From positions 26,150,795 through 26,214,794 of the forward strand of contig NC_092670.1 in NCBI RefSeq assembly GCF_964355755.1: DNA of 64,000 nucleotides, given 5' to 3'. The notes under the pieces were generated by a model. The model made no database searches. It had not been told where the DNA came from and worked only from the letters and a program-made list of their open reading frames with translations. Position 1 is the stretch's first letter, and each line of letters opens with the position of its first letter. A program made the translations under genes and the position numbers. Origin of the DNA: Antedon mediterranea (lineage: Eukaryota; Animalia; Echinodermata). This document shows, in pieces, positions 25,401 through 40,400 of the stretch.

Positions 25401-28400
25401 TGAAATTGATCTTGGTAAATATTTTGGCCTCATTTTTATCCAGAGCATTTCTTGATTGTCTGCTGAATTAACATCGTCGCTAGACATAAAAAAAACTAGA
25501 GAGGTTCACTGGCTCAGCGTGTAATAATTCAGAGACATACTGTAAAGCTCGTTCTGTTGACACAGTAAACCAGTATTGGTTTCACAAAATGGTATTACGG
25601 CAATCGCGGAATGCTTGGTAACATGTGTCTAGCTGTGTGCTAATAGATTGAATCACAGCTACTGTATGACGTGGTGAGCCAGGACAAAGTATCCAGCTGC
25701 GGTTGGCTGGTCCGATATATAAAGATGCAGTCTGGAACAGTGAAGCTAGCTAGGCTCTATTGGGCTTGGCTGGACTTGTGGCGTAGACCAGTCCAAAAGC
25801 AATTATTTTCCTAGTAGCTTTAGTACTATCCTCCAAAGATAGGCCTTCGATTCTGGTATTTTTTGACGGAAAGCATTATTGTTTTAGCTTAATTTTCATA
25901 AAATTCTTACTATAAATAATGAATTCACTATCAATTGGTTCTGTATTCATTTCAGGATAACCAGCCAGATGTTTATGAGACAACGGATTTACCAGAAGAT
26001 GATCAGCAACAGAACAAACTTGTATGTTCTCACTCAGCCCAGTATTTATATTGTATACTTTTTATGTTGTACTGTATACTTTTAAAGAGATCTGTTTATA
26101 GTGTTATTTTTGCTTTTTGGCAATCAGTCAAAGTACTGTAGTGTATGGTTTCTGTTTTTTTCCCAAATGTATGTACTCCATTTTCTATGTGTTCTGAGAA
26201 ATAATAATAAATCAAATGTTGACGTATGAAAAAACAGAAACTTGTGTTAATGATATCTGGTTAATTCTTGGGAAGAAAAAATTGTTTATCCCTCAGTATA
26301 GTAATGGTAAGGAACTTTTACCCAGTTAATATTTGTTTTACATACTTCATATCCGTTGGCTGAAGTAAATGCATAATTAACATGGACTCCTTGGTGGACT
26401 CCATGGAATATGGTTTCCAGCGAAGAAGTACAGCTTAAATCAATGTTTAGCACTTTCAGATTATTGTCATTATTGTTTCTTCAATTTTAATTGCCCGCTG
26501 AACTTACTAAATCAAAGTTGCATTCGTATGCAATTTTAAACCAGTTCACCACCAGCCATCGTAGGTTATATGTATGTGTCCGATTGAATTGAGTGGAAAC
26601 ATGCGCAGTCTAAAAAGGACTACCTGTATACTCTTAACGATTATTAAACTACACATGCTATGATAATAATAATGCGTAATGACTAATGTTTCTGAAGTAA
26701 TGCATGCTGCCAAACTTGGTACTGTAAAGGCCAACATTTTCGCGATTTTACATTTTAAACTATTTAGCGACCTTTTATTTTCGCGATTTGAGTTTCTTGT
26801 GTAATTTGTTGAACCAAATTGGCGATTGTATTTCAACAACAACAATTGGATACTCATTAAAGTAAAATTACAGAATACACGATTGTCAATTTAGGGATGT
26901 ATTGTAAGTAAATAAATGTTTTTCTTACACAGTGGGTGATGCACATGTTTAATAGGCTCTTAGATAGTGAACACACCCATAATTAATGTACTCTACCAAA
27001 TTATTGTTGCTTCTACAAAACAGACGGACCCGACGCCGGCCGAATGATGGATCTGTAGTGGTGGAGAGCATGGCGATGTTCCTACACACCACAACGAATA
27101 TGTGTCAAAAGCGTCCATTTCCCCAGTCGTCTATTCCCAATTGTGACGGTACACTACTCGCCTCAACATAGGCAAAAAGCTGAGAACATTTCACATCTAG
27201 AACGCCGATCAGTGTATAATTGATAAAAAGTTTCAAAAACAATCTTGCGACCCATCATTTTTTTTTTCATTTTAACATAACCACTGAAAATGAATCATTC
27301 ACAGTTAGTATTTATATAACTTAACTGAATATGCATTTTACTACATTCTCTGAAAATCAGAGATCACTCTCCACCATTATTTATGTAAACTTTTCCAGTG
27401 TTATGATTTCATCCGTCCACTCGTACTCATGTCAGAGACAGCAAACGGCAAAATGACACTGAACAAGTTCATAAATTTGGCAGTCTACGTTCCAGTCGCC
27501 TTGCGCATATTATAAAATGATGTCATAGAGTATCAGTCGACATAAAAATTTTAATCTAAAAGTCCTTATAATCAAATTTCAATCAACCTTGCTTGGAGCA
27601 GTAGTTAACGTAGTAATATCATAATATTGTTAAATTGGTCCTGGGAACCATATTTTAGGTTTCATCATTTCATAATTGTTTGTTTGTAGGAAGAACTACA
27701 TAGTGAAAGTGTTGAGGCACTCAAGATCAACATAAATGATTCGTTTAGTAGATTCAAAGAGAAAACATTGATGGCTGGAAATCTAGGTAATACCTTTTAA
27801 GTATTTAACTAGATTTTAAAATCGTCATTTTGACAAATTATAGAGTTAGGAGAAAAATGGCAAAATCAGCACTGTGGTCATGCTACAGAGTTGTCAAAAC
27901 AATATAGACTATAGACCACATAAAACACCTGTAGGCCCTGTTTCTGCTGCCAAGTAAATACCGTATTTTGTATACCGTATTTTCCCCCACCAAATTTATG
28001 GATAAAATACGGTATTTACTAATGTATATCTAAGTTATCTCGTTAGATAAATACTATAAATAAATGTATTTTATCTACATCACTATCACTAGGGCTAGGC
28101 TGTTGAAAGAGAGGTGTAAAACTTCCTTCATTGCAACTTTTTATTATCGACCAAAAAGTGAAATCAAAACTAGGCCTAAGACTTGAACTTTGGTAGTAGA
28201 TTACTATCCCAGACTTACCGCCTCATGAGTATTTTTCAACCCTTGTCACACGCCAGATTGATATTTGCATGCGACACCTGCTGCTAGTTCTGTTTGATAC
28301 GATATTATAGCAAAAGTGACTAGTTCAAATCTAATTGAAAAAGGTTTTTAAAAAGATTTTTCAGATAGGATTACTTATTCAAGAAGAACTGGATATATAA

Positions 28401-31400
28401 CACCTAAAACAGAATATGAACTTGTAAGTATATTTAAACAAGCAAAAAGGCCTCAGACTGTTTTTGTTACATTTGAATACTAAGAAAATGTTTATATTCT
28501 GCTTCAGTAATTATAATATTGAATTTTAAAGTATTATTTATTTTGATAAAAAATTCACCAGTGCCATCTTTTACAAAAAAATATAGGCAGAAGAGGGCCT
28601 TAATAAAGAAACCCCTTTACAAAAATATCAACGGCTTCAACATGAGATGCATGAACTTGAAGATGAGGTTACTCAGCTTCAGAAGACTGCTAAACAGGAA
28701 AAAGATCTTGCAGGTCTTTCACCAGTCACATTGCAGCAACAGGTTAAAGCAATGCAGGCTCAACTGAGTGGTTTACATTTGGAAAATATCTTGGGGAAGG
28801 AGGCTGTCATGGATATCGGTGATCCTCAAGGCAATCTTCCCAAGTATGCTTCTTCTTTGATTGCCAAACATGTATACATTCCAAAAACTTTTTAAAAAAA
28901 TACTTACTAAAATGATTGATAGACAGGGATACAAAACTTATAGTAGGAAGGTTTCTCTGTTGCACCCTCCCCCACCCTTTGTACAGAAGTCATAATATTT
29001 TATTTAAAATACTATTTATTATTTTTTATACCTGCTATATATTTTGTAGAAATATATAAAGTAATAAGAATAAACTAAAGCAATGATTGATGGTGTGAGG
29101 ATTTTAAAGCTGGTACCTTTCACATTGACCCTCCCAGCATGTCTCCCACAGTTCACCTGGGGAACATTCAGATGTTCAACCCGGAGTTGATGCCCTGGTG
29201 TGTCAACAAAAATTTCATCCTATTTAATTATTATCCTCATTATTGGCAAATTGTATTATGATACAGTCTAATGATATGAGGGTTCAGAAAAGCTGCACAA
29301 ATTAAGATTGTCTCAAGTGGTATTGTGTCCTGTAGTTTTTATTGAGGAAACAGATATATTAAGTGAATAATTTGAGTTTCTTTCGGAATTTTTTCATAGA
29401 AAACTTTTATCTCAACTGGAGACATACAAGAAATTGGATATTAGTGCTGGAACAAAAATTCCACCAAAAGGTCAACCAACCATTGATGGTTATGTGACAT
29501 ATGAACTGTACTATAAGGCTGAGCAAGCCAAGTATAGCCAAGCATCAAAGGTAACTTCTTATTGCTTCAAAATGTCATAACAATAATTTAACTTGAAATA
29601 TATGAAAGACATTATTACGGTAGGATATGATGCTTCTGAATCTCGTGGTGGAACAGCACAGCCTTTCTAGGGACCTAGAATAGAATGATTATGTCCTTGT
29701 ATTTTCCTAACCGCAAGTTTAATATCTAAATTAAAATACAGAGCTAGTGTTTTAGGCCAAGTCCAGTATTCGCTCAAATATTACTTTCGTGACTGTGAAT
29801 GGGTTTTCTGGCCGGTGTAGAAAGTCAAAATTGTTACGTTCTTCTAATACGTTTATTAATTATTATTTCTATTTAACATGTCTGCATTGTATACTTGCTT
29901 TATAAATTCTCTGCTTATGAACGACTTACATATATTCTGCAGAATTTGTCTGACATCATCCCATGTTTATAATGAAAACAATCAAGGTTCTGAAAATGGT
30001 ACAGACCAAATTGAGGTGTGCAATTAAAATAATTATCAACTTAAACGCATGCGCTGTAATATAAGAGAACTGATTTGTTGGGTCTTTCTACCCAAGTTTT
30101 CTGAAATATTTATAAATATGACTAATAAATATATATAAAACCCTGAAATAAACAAGGCCCATCATATGAGCACAAACAAGCTGGATCCACCACTGAATAG
30201 GCTTATATTGTGTTATTAAAAATGCTGTTGTAAATTCCAGTTTATTGTCTGTTTGAAAATAATTAATTATGAACAAAACATCAACAAGTTACAAATACAG
30301 TTTGCTGCAGTTGAATTACTCAATGCAGTAATGCATGAGTGAATATGGATAGTATTGTATACCTAATTACACGCGAGTCACACATATTACATCCGTGTAA
30401 AATATGTGTGCTTCTTATGTTATGTAGTCAGTACTGTATGTTTAACTGAAAGTGATTACTGCTGTAAGGCTATCACAGCCTAGCTAGGCCAAGCTGCATC
30501 GGTACATACCTAGTAGGCCTACTGTAACTTTATTGAATATATAGAATGATTTTTATGAAGCTTTTGTGTTCTAGGGCAATCAAGATCATTACAATCCGTT
30601 TACGCACACACAAATATAAAAATGTTCCCACTGATAAACTGCAACAAAAACCATTCTTTTATATTACAAACTGGTATAATCCCAGCCATAGAACACAAAA
30701 TTGGACTGACTTTAGGAGGAGGGACTACAGCAGACCTTGATTTAAAAGGAGCGCCATGGCGCTGACGCTCCTTGGCGATCCTGAAAACGATCAAAGGAGC
30801 GCCTAAAATAGCGCTCCCCAACCTGTTACAGTGCGTCAAAAAAATATATATAATGATAAGAATATTAACCCCGAATACAACACACAGTCTATATATAGTC
30901 GCGCAAACGATCTTTGTTATGGCTACCCCTGATAGGCTATTCGCGCCTACGATCTTTGATGTTGCGAGAAAAATATCGTAAACAATTCATTCTAAATATA
31001 GTATCAGAACGTTCAATCGGTAGCTCAAAAAGACTGCCGTCAGAAGACCGTAATTATACAGACCTAGTTTTTTTGGTCACATGGCATAAAACGCGATACT
31101 CTCTGCTTTACCGCAACATCTCACATGTTTGTTTTTTTTAACTCAGTATGTGAGGGTGGCTGCCGACGATAAACAGTAATTAAGATTGTGTACCTGGATT
31201 TTGTGTCACATGACATGAAACATAATACTCTCTCTGATCTTTATAATAACTGCTCACATGTTTTCCCCTCCAAATTCTGGTCGGGCCTTTTCTTATACAC
31301 ATGTCGCCTTTATGTTAAATCTTATAGTAATTAATATGGAATATATATTTATTTTGCATATATTTTGTTGGTGTCCTAGCCTAGGTGTCGTTGTTTTTAT

Positions 31401-34400
31401 AATTCGTTAACCCAAGGTAGGATTAAATAATTTATAGTGTAGGCCGCCGAAACTATACTAGATAGATAGCCTCGACTCTCTCTCTCAGACTCTGCGTGAG
31501 CTGAGAGGTCCACTGACCCGATGTCGTCTCGTCGGCGGATTTCCGTCCAAATTAGGATAACCGATGCGTAGGCCTAGCTAGGGTGGCTACAAAAATTGAC
31601 GTCTACTATCTTTAGATAGGATTTTAATTAGCAAACAATACATTGTTTGTTTGCATTGTCCATGCTTCAAAAGGCGATGACAATGGTGTTTACTAACCCT
31701 ACGAACCACCCTACGATCGACGCGTAGATAATTATCATAACAATACATCGTAGACTACGTTCAGAGAACAATGACCTACGATGAATTTTACGTGCGAGAA
31801 TACCATTTCCGGCCATCTAGAGGTGTCATTTATCAAAATTCGGCTCGCCACAGGCCCAACCATGGTGGGCCTGTGCCTGGAATACTTAATCAAAATAATG
31901 GCTCTCCTCAACATATTTAGGAGAGCCATTAGGAGCTCTCCTCTTATATTTATAAATCAAGGTCTGCTACAGTATACACATGGAAACCCTGGTTGAGAGG
32001 AAAAAATATGATTGGTGAGCATTTCATGTAAAAACTCATCTGAACTGGCTAGACAGGATAGGATCTGTGGCAAAGTGAAACTTTGTTAAATGACGCCCCA
32101 GATAGCCTGAAATGGTACTTTCGCACATAAAATTTATGATAAATGACACTTCTAATTTGCAAGAAAAGACACTTTCATATATAGCTTGCTACCAATGATA
32201 TAATCCCACTCCCTAGAACACAAAATTGGGCTGACTTTAGGGGGATGGACTACAGTATACCTGGGGAAACCCTGATTGAGAGAAAAAAATGATTGGTGAA
32301 CATTTCTTGTAAAAACTTATCTGAACTGGCTAGAGAGAGGCCTACATCCAGACCAATACCCAAGGATATACAGTACGTAATAAAAGTATCTCTGTTTAAT
32401 AACCCAAAGGTAACAGATATAGAGCAAAGAATTGCAAGATTGGAGGCAAGTATAGGAACAGAACCACAGAAACTGGTGAGTAATCATATGTGAAACAATC
32501 TGACATTTTATTGATAATTTGCTAAAATATTTAAAAATCTCATTAGGGGAACCTTCCATTTAGATAATATTTATTTAGATAATAATGAATGAATATATAC
32601 AAAATAGAAAAAAGATATTAAAGTGAACATAGATAAAGCAGTAATTGGTAGTCATTATTATCATGGATCCCTTCTAGAAGTTAAAAACTTGTCTCGTAGG
32701 GACCCACAACAAAACACATTACTAAAAAAATAAAAATAACCTAGAATATATAATTATATAATTTAGGATAAAAAATTACAGTATAACATAACTAACATCT
32801 TCTTTATAAAAATTATTTAAATTATATTTCAATAGTTTCATGATAATTATAAATGAAATAACTACCGATATTGGTAAATGAAAAAAAAAATATGTATACA
32901 TAAATTATAATTCCAGTATATATATAGTATATACTATATATACATTATATATAGTATAGATTAAAGATTGCAATAATAAACAACAACTAATATTTTGTGT
33001 AAGACATAAATAGTATATGAGTATAAATAATCATAATAAGCATATTAACTAAGCAGTATAAATAATATTTAGATATATAATGATTCTTTAACTTTTTTCG
33101 GAAAGTAAATAATGATATTGACGTTTTGATATTTGGTGGGATATGATTCCACAAATTAGGACCTGATATAGTTATAAAAAATTTAGTTTTAGTAAGTCTA
33201 GCAAAAGGAATGTTTAAATAAGAAGTTCTTAAATTGTAATTGTGAAATTTGGTACGTTTACAGAGCATATCAATCATAGAAATAGGAAGTTGGTTTTTAA
33301 AATAATTAAACATAAAACTGGCAACTTGAACATTGTGGATATCCGTTAATTTTAATATACCAAGACGTTTAAAAAGGGGTTCAGATGAGGTTCTATATGG
33401 TGAAAAAGTAATAATTCTAGCTGCACGTTTTTGTAATTTAGTTAATCTAGCAATATTAGAAGAGTAATCTGCAGCCCAAATAATGTTACAATACTGGAAA
33501 TAAGGAAGTACAAGTGTGTTATAAAGAGAAATTAAAATATTTAGAGGGAAGAAGTGCTTAAGTCTGTTAATAATACTAATAGATCTTGATATTTTTTTCG
33601 AAACGTAATTTTGATGACTGGTCCATTTGAGGTTTTCATGAATATATACACCTAAAAAAAGTGTTTCAGTTTTGCGTTCAATTTGAATTCCGTCAAGAAG
33701 TATATTTAGGTCATCAACTTTTAGTTTACGTTGAGAATTGTGAAAAATTAAATAATTTGTTTTAAGAGTATTAATAAGTAATTTGTTTGAAATAAACCAG
33801 TCACAAAATTTTGTTAATTCATCATTGAATGTAGTAAATAATAAATCAATATTGGAATTAGAGTCAAATAAGGTGGTGTCGTCGGCGAAGGATATTACTT
33901 GCAATTTGTTACTGACATTAGCCAGATCATTAACATAAATAAGGAAGAGCAATGGCCCAAGCACAGATCCCTGTGGCACTCCGCAAGTAATATCCATCGT
34001 CGACGATGTACAAGATCCTAATGCAACATATTGTTTTCTATCTTTCAAATAACTATTAAACCAATTCAATGAAATACCTCTAATTCCATAGCACTCAAGT
34101 TTTTTAATTAAATTATCGTGATTAATAACATCGAAGGCCTTTGAAAGATCAATAAATAAACTTAATAAATTTTCTTTTGATTCAAATGAATTTGTAATAT
34201 TATTAATAAGATCTAAAACGGCATGGGATGTAGAGTGATTTTTTCGAAAACCATATTGGCGTTTATTAAGTATATCAAATTTTGTGAGATAATCAGAAAG
34301 TTTAGAATACATGAGTTTTTTAATAATTTTGGAAAACACTGAAAGTAGTGATATTGGCCGGTAATTAGATAGTTGACTTCGTTCACCTTTCTTGAAAATG

Positions 34401-37400
34401 GGCACAACTTTAGCTAGTTTTAAGTGTGTTGGAAAAGTTTGGCAAGATGATCCATGTCGATGAATGTGCGAACATAACCATTTGCATCTATGTAACGCAA
34501 TTTGTCAAGGTGGAGCCAGGCCTTTACTTTGTTGGAATGCAGGTATTTCATCGATGAGTATAATGCCTTTCTTCTACTTATCACTCTGCTGGTAAAATCA
34601 TCATTTACGTAGATGTTATTATCTTTAAATTTAGGTCTCACTTTTGGAGCTGCCTTGCGTACTCTTTCTTTAGTGGAATATCTGAGAAAGTATGCAACAA
34701 GTGGTCTCGGTTCATCCCTGGTGGTATTACGTGGTCCAACTCGATGGGCTTGTTGTATATCATCATTAGCGATTTTGATGCCGGTGGTATTGGAAATAAA
34801 TGAGGAAAGGAAATTAACAGTACCTTCACTATCCTCCGCTTGTTCGGGTATGCCAGTAAACCTCAGATTGTTACGGCGTTGACGTCCTTCTAGGTTGTCG
34901 ATTTTGTCGCGTATCTCTTCTATGCATTCCGTAGTGGATTGCTGCGTATCCTCAGCAATATCCTTCAGCTTAACATCCATGAAATCAGAATTTTCCTGCA
35001 TATCGGCGTGCAAATTCCTCCTAATAAAACCTAATAAAAACTGACATTTAACATAAAATTTGATGTTTTCTCATCCTGTTAATAAATCATACTCATAAAG
35101 AGCACATTCATCAGTTGACATAAGGTCAAAGGTCAAACTATGATGGTTTTTACAAAGTAGACAAATTTCATACTGTACGATTTTTTGTTTGTATGACAAT
35201 AAAAGATCTGTATCTGTATCTGAATAATTGTTAATGAGTGTCTCTGGCAAAATTAATGTTTAAAAGATCTAAAACATTATCCTTTCTTTCAAGATCAAAA
35301 TTGACTTCCTATGACAAGTGGTTTCTGAGATACAAGTACCAATTTGTGTTTGTTCATATAACTCTTGACCCTGACCTTTTGTAACATTTTTCAAAATGTG
35401 TAATAAATAACAAAATGTATATTTCGAATAATTTAAGACCAAATTTATGTGTCCAGGACCAGTAGCTACAGAGATACATACATGTTATGGGTCAAAGGTC
35501 AAAAAAGGTCACAAAATATCCCATTAGACTGAATAGGAATGTATACCTTCTGATCAATTTGAGACAAAAATTACCTTTTTTCTGTGATCAGTGGTTGTCG
35601 AGATTGTTGTTTGGTCTTATAACCTTTCACCTTGACCTTTTGACACATTTTCAAAATGTGTAACCTAGACCAAGTCAATTATTTTAAAGTATTGTCTAAG
35701 TAAAAATCTATTGATTGCTTTTAGTTAATAAAATGTTGTGGATAAAAGAGTTGAAACCGTCACTTAACAAACATGACTCAATAAAGCATAGAGATATTAT
35801 AGTGAACATAATCTCTGTGATCAAAGTAGACTTGCCCGAAGTCTGTATTCATTGTCTTTTTTTTTTTTATTTATTTGTTTTTATTTCGATTTTTGTCTGA
35901 AAATACAGACTTGTGAAACACATTATAGAAATTGATTTGCAGACCGCAAACATCCGATAAGATCGAGTACGTACAGTGCTGAATGTACGATCGAGACTGA
36001 ACAACTGTTGAAATATAAAATCGTGTTGCCAAGTTGTTTTGTTTATTAATTGTTTAGTACTGGCCTAGGCCTCGCACGTATGACCTGCCAAATAAAACGC
36101 CAATAAGGTACATACCACCACCGCCACACAACAGAGCTTCACCACCACACAGAACAGGAGGACAGGGTCTGGGTGGGAATTAAATCAAATGATCTCCGCA
36201 AAATAAATGATCCATTCAATGTTTGATTTGCAAAGAAGCTAGCCTATCATATCAAGACGAGTTTTCATGTTACTGTATTTGGAAAAATTCCCATAAAATG
36301 TTTACTAGACTACTAGGCATATAAAATCATTTCTAGCCTTCAGAAATTTTCATCAATGTACCCAAGTACACATTCTAAACGTAATAGCGCATGCACATCA
36401 TCTTAGTTGTTGAGTCTTTGAAATTCTGAAATATGAATATTAAAACTGCATACGAGTGAGTAGCCAATGGCATGCACCTGAAACTAGTCAACTAGATAAT
36501 CGTATGCACCAAGAATTCTTGGTGTAAAACCATGTGACTTGTGTGTGTTTCCCCAGACGGAGTATCCAAATTCAAGTAATACACGTATGAATTGGCATAT
36601 GTGCAAAAATATTTATATTTTTACTAATATTAGGACAAAACTCCGTCTGGGCCTGGAGTAAAATTGTTCAGTTAACAAAAGGATCAGGAGCCTATCTTTT
36701 CAGTCTCTGTTACTAGTATTTCCTGTCATCCTTTGGTGCTTTGTATTTTGTTAATTTTACTCATTTGTTCTTGAGAATGATTCCATGATGGTTTTTTTGT
36801 CATTAAATATTATTTTAAAGTTATAATAAATGTCTCTCCATTCAGTTAATTACTGTATTTTTTGATGTATAGTGTAATCATTTATTATGTACACATGTAT
36901 TTGACCGAAGAGTGATGGTTGTAATATCTGATTGGCTATCACAAAAAAAGGTCACAGCTCACAATGTAAACATTGAATGGGTTCTCTGATATCCAAGTAG
37001 ATTGCCTTTTACACTTTGTTTACAATTTAAAGATTATATATTCTTTCTTTTTTTTAGTCTGCACTGACTGCAGAAACTGCCTCCAAGACACTAACTGTGA
37101 GTATTGTTATTGTTAATTAGTTATCTCCACCTTAGCAGATAACTCCTTGTGATTGTATGAGATCATCATCATCTTTGTTGCGGATGTTCAGTCAGTACAT
37201 TCCCAATAATGATTTAGTTAATTAAAATAGTTTTCGAATGAACAAAATCGGTCATGGAGGAGAAAATCCATGGTGTACTGCATGATTGCATGGACATTAT
37301 TATGATTTTCAATCATCATTGTTTGTTGTTATAGAATCTCATCTACCAAAAGGAATTTTAGGCTACAATTGTTTTAACTCACGGATCAGGTGCCGTTTTC

Positions 37401-40400
37401 GGCCACCTCGACTTATACTCCGCCAGCCCACGCATTTCATAATAAGGTCGGAAAAATGCAGTTTGTTAACAAACCTACAATGTTCTTTTGTGAGGTGTGC
37501 AAATTAATGATTAAATTTTGACTGACGGAGGATCAAGTTGTAAATTACTCGGAAGCATTATTATTTTTTATCTACTCGACGGCGAATATAAATAGAAATT
37601 TCGCACGGTAGAGGCACAATGAACTAGTAGTAGGCTTATGTAAGCTAGGCCAACTTCTAAAAATAATATAGCGAATGTCCATTCGATCCAGAAACGATGC
37701 AGACAACAAAATATCGTTAAAACTCTAAATATAGTATCAGAACGTCAATCGCGCAGACCTACCTAATTTTTTTTTTTTGTCATATGGCAGGCCTGGAAAT
37801 GCGACGAAGATCGTGTATACCGTATATTTCGGTGTATAAGTCGCACCCCCTAACTGAGAGTAAAATATCGGTATTTTTTATATCGTCGATGTATAAGACG
37901 CACTTTATATTTCATCAAAACAATGTTTTTTTTAATTGTAATCAATATTATTGTAATAATATATTTTGTTATACAGTATCTATATATATACGGCGTCCTT
38001 TATTTAGGTTTTTTCTTACCTAGGCTCGGCCGCGGCCAGCCTCAACAAGTTCTTTCTAACTTGTTATTCATGAGTTTCGCACCCGCAACATCGAGTGCAT
38101 GACCGTGTGTGTAACACGCACGTGTGTGGGCTAGCCTCGCTTGATCAATTCGAGAGGGCGCACGTTTTCACAGACAATCGTATTCGATTAGTATCTATGT
38201 ATCCGAGAAGTGTGTACGCTAGGTCCATGCTATAATCAACTGGAGAATATACTAGTCAAATACCGTACACCATGTGGCCGACAAGAAGGGCTTGCGCTGG
38301 GGGTACGGCGGTCGGCGATCGTGCGTATAACTAACTATAAATAAATACTATTCCAATCGTAAACGTTTACAAATGAAATTTTATCGGAGCACCTAAAACA
38401 GCTCCATAATGAACAAATCTTTTCATCATATTTAGTATAACATCACGCTAAAATGCCTTGAAAACTAGGCAGAACCAGGTAGCCTAGGCTAGGCCTAGTA
38501 GCCGAATATAGCCTACTCCGGCCTAGCCAACGAGGTGACGATATCATTTATGTTCGGTGTATAAGACGCACCCTTAATTTAGAGGTCAAATTTGCGTGTC
38601 AAAAGTGCGACTTATACACCGAAATATACGGTACCTAGATTTTGTGTCACATTACATGAAACGCGATACTTTCTCTCTAAATTAACTGTTCCACACGTCA
38701 ATTCTTAGACTTGCCCCAAGTCTGTAATTATCTTTTTTTTTTATTTATTTGTTTTTATTTCATAATAAGAAACAAACATAATTTCGACCACGATTTTCGT
38801 CTGAAAATACAGACTTGTGAAACACGTATAGAAATCGATTTGCAGACCGCAAACATTCGATAAGAATGACGTAGGTTATCATACCGTATTTGGGTATATG
38901 GGGCGTGCGGTATGTAAATATGGATTTCGAATCAACCAATGATCATTTTGTTTCAAAATGAAAAAGATCGAGTACGTACAGTGCTGAATGTACGATCGAG
39001 ACTGTTGAAATATAAAATCGTAATGCCAAGTTGTTTTGTTTACTAATTGTTTAGTCCTTGGCCTAGGCCTCTTTCGTAGGTCCTACTCAATTCGCACGTA
39101 TGACCTGCCAAATAAAACGCCCATAAAGTAGGCCTACATACCACCACCGGCACACAACAGGGCTACACCACCACACAGAACAGGACAGGGTCTGGGTGGG
39201 AATTAAATCAAAATTATCTCCGCGTAATAAATGATCCATTCAATGTTTGATTTGCGGAGAAGCTAGAAGCCTATCATATCAAGACGAGTTTTCATGTCCT
39301 TGGGAAAAATCCCATCAAATGTTTACCAGACTACTAGGCATATAAAATAATTTCTAGCCTTCAGAAACTTTCATAAATGTACCCAAGTACACATTGTCTA
39401 AATGTAACATAGCGCATGCGCATCATCTTAGTTATTGAGTCTTTGAAATTCTGAAATATGAATATTAAAACGGTGTACGAGTGAGTAGCCAATCGCATGC
39501 AGCTGAAACTAGTCAACCGGATAATCGTATGCACCAAGAATTCTTGGTGTCAAACCACATGACTTGTGCGTGTTTCCCCAGTCGGAATATCCAAAATCAA
39601 GTAGTATACGTATGAAACGCCATATGTGCCAAAATATTTATCTTTTTACTAATATTAAGACAAAACTCTGTCTGGAACCCAGACTAGTCAATTCTGATCG
39701 GGATGTGAGGAGGGCTGCTGGGTAACTACAGAATACTTCTCATTACACAGTGACATGTCGTTATAATTGAATAGGCCTAGGCCTATGTTAATTCTTACCA
39801 TGGAATATATTGATTTTGCATATGTTTTTATGTTGACGTCGGTGTATCTATAATTCGCTAAGCCAAGGTAGGATTAAATTAATGGCGCAAGCCCAGAGGC
39901 CGCCGAAACTTGATTTCGATTCGGCCCACGATGTCGTCTTGTCCGGCTAAATTAGGCTAACCCAGTGCATAGGGCGGCTACAAAATGTGTTGTCTCCTAG
40001 ATAGCTGATGAGCTATAATAGATTCAAAAGGCATGATTTTGACAGTACTTTGTAACTTTTCCAACTAAAACACATGCAAATTGTCTAATTCAATGTGTTC
40101 GTATGGCGTGATTTAAAGTTTAAAATGAAATGAAATGGAGATGGAGATGGAGAAGGTTGTTATTGATGGCTGTAGCATGCCAAACCATGCCATACATTTG
40201 TAATATTATGTAAAAATAGATGTGGATGCTTTTTTATCTGACTGAAGTCTAAAAAGGTTTCTCTTTAATTTAACACTAAATTTTATTTAGGAAACTGTGA
40301 GTTTTCTACAGGAGAAACTTAACATTCTTGAACCAATCCAAGTAGATCATGTAGATGCTCGGTTACAAAGCTTGTTGATGCGTCTAAACCAAGCTAAAGA

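Noticed and set aside
32987-34405. RT as a retron, DGR, group II intron or domesticated host gene
   Set aside because: The motifs, ORF1 partner and 3'UTR stem-loop are those of a non-LTR retrotransposon, and it lacks its own ATG or promoter.
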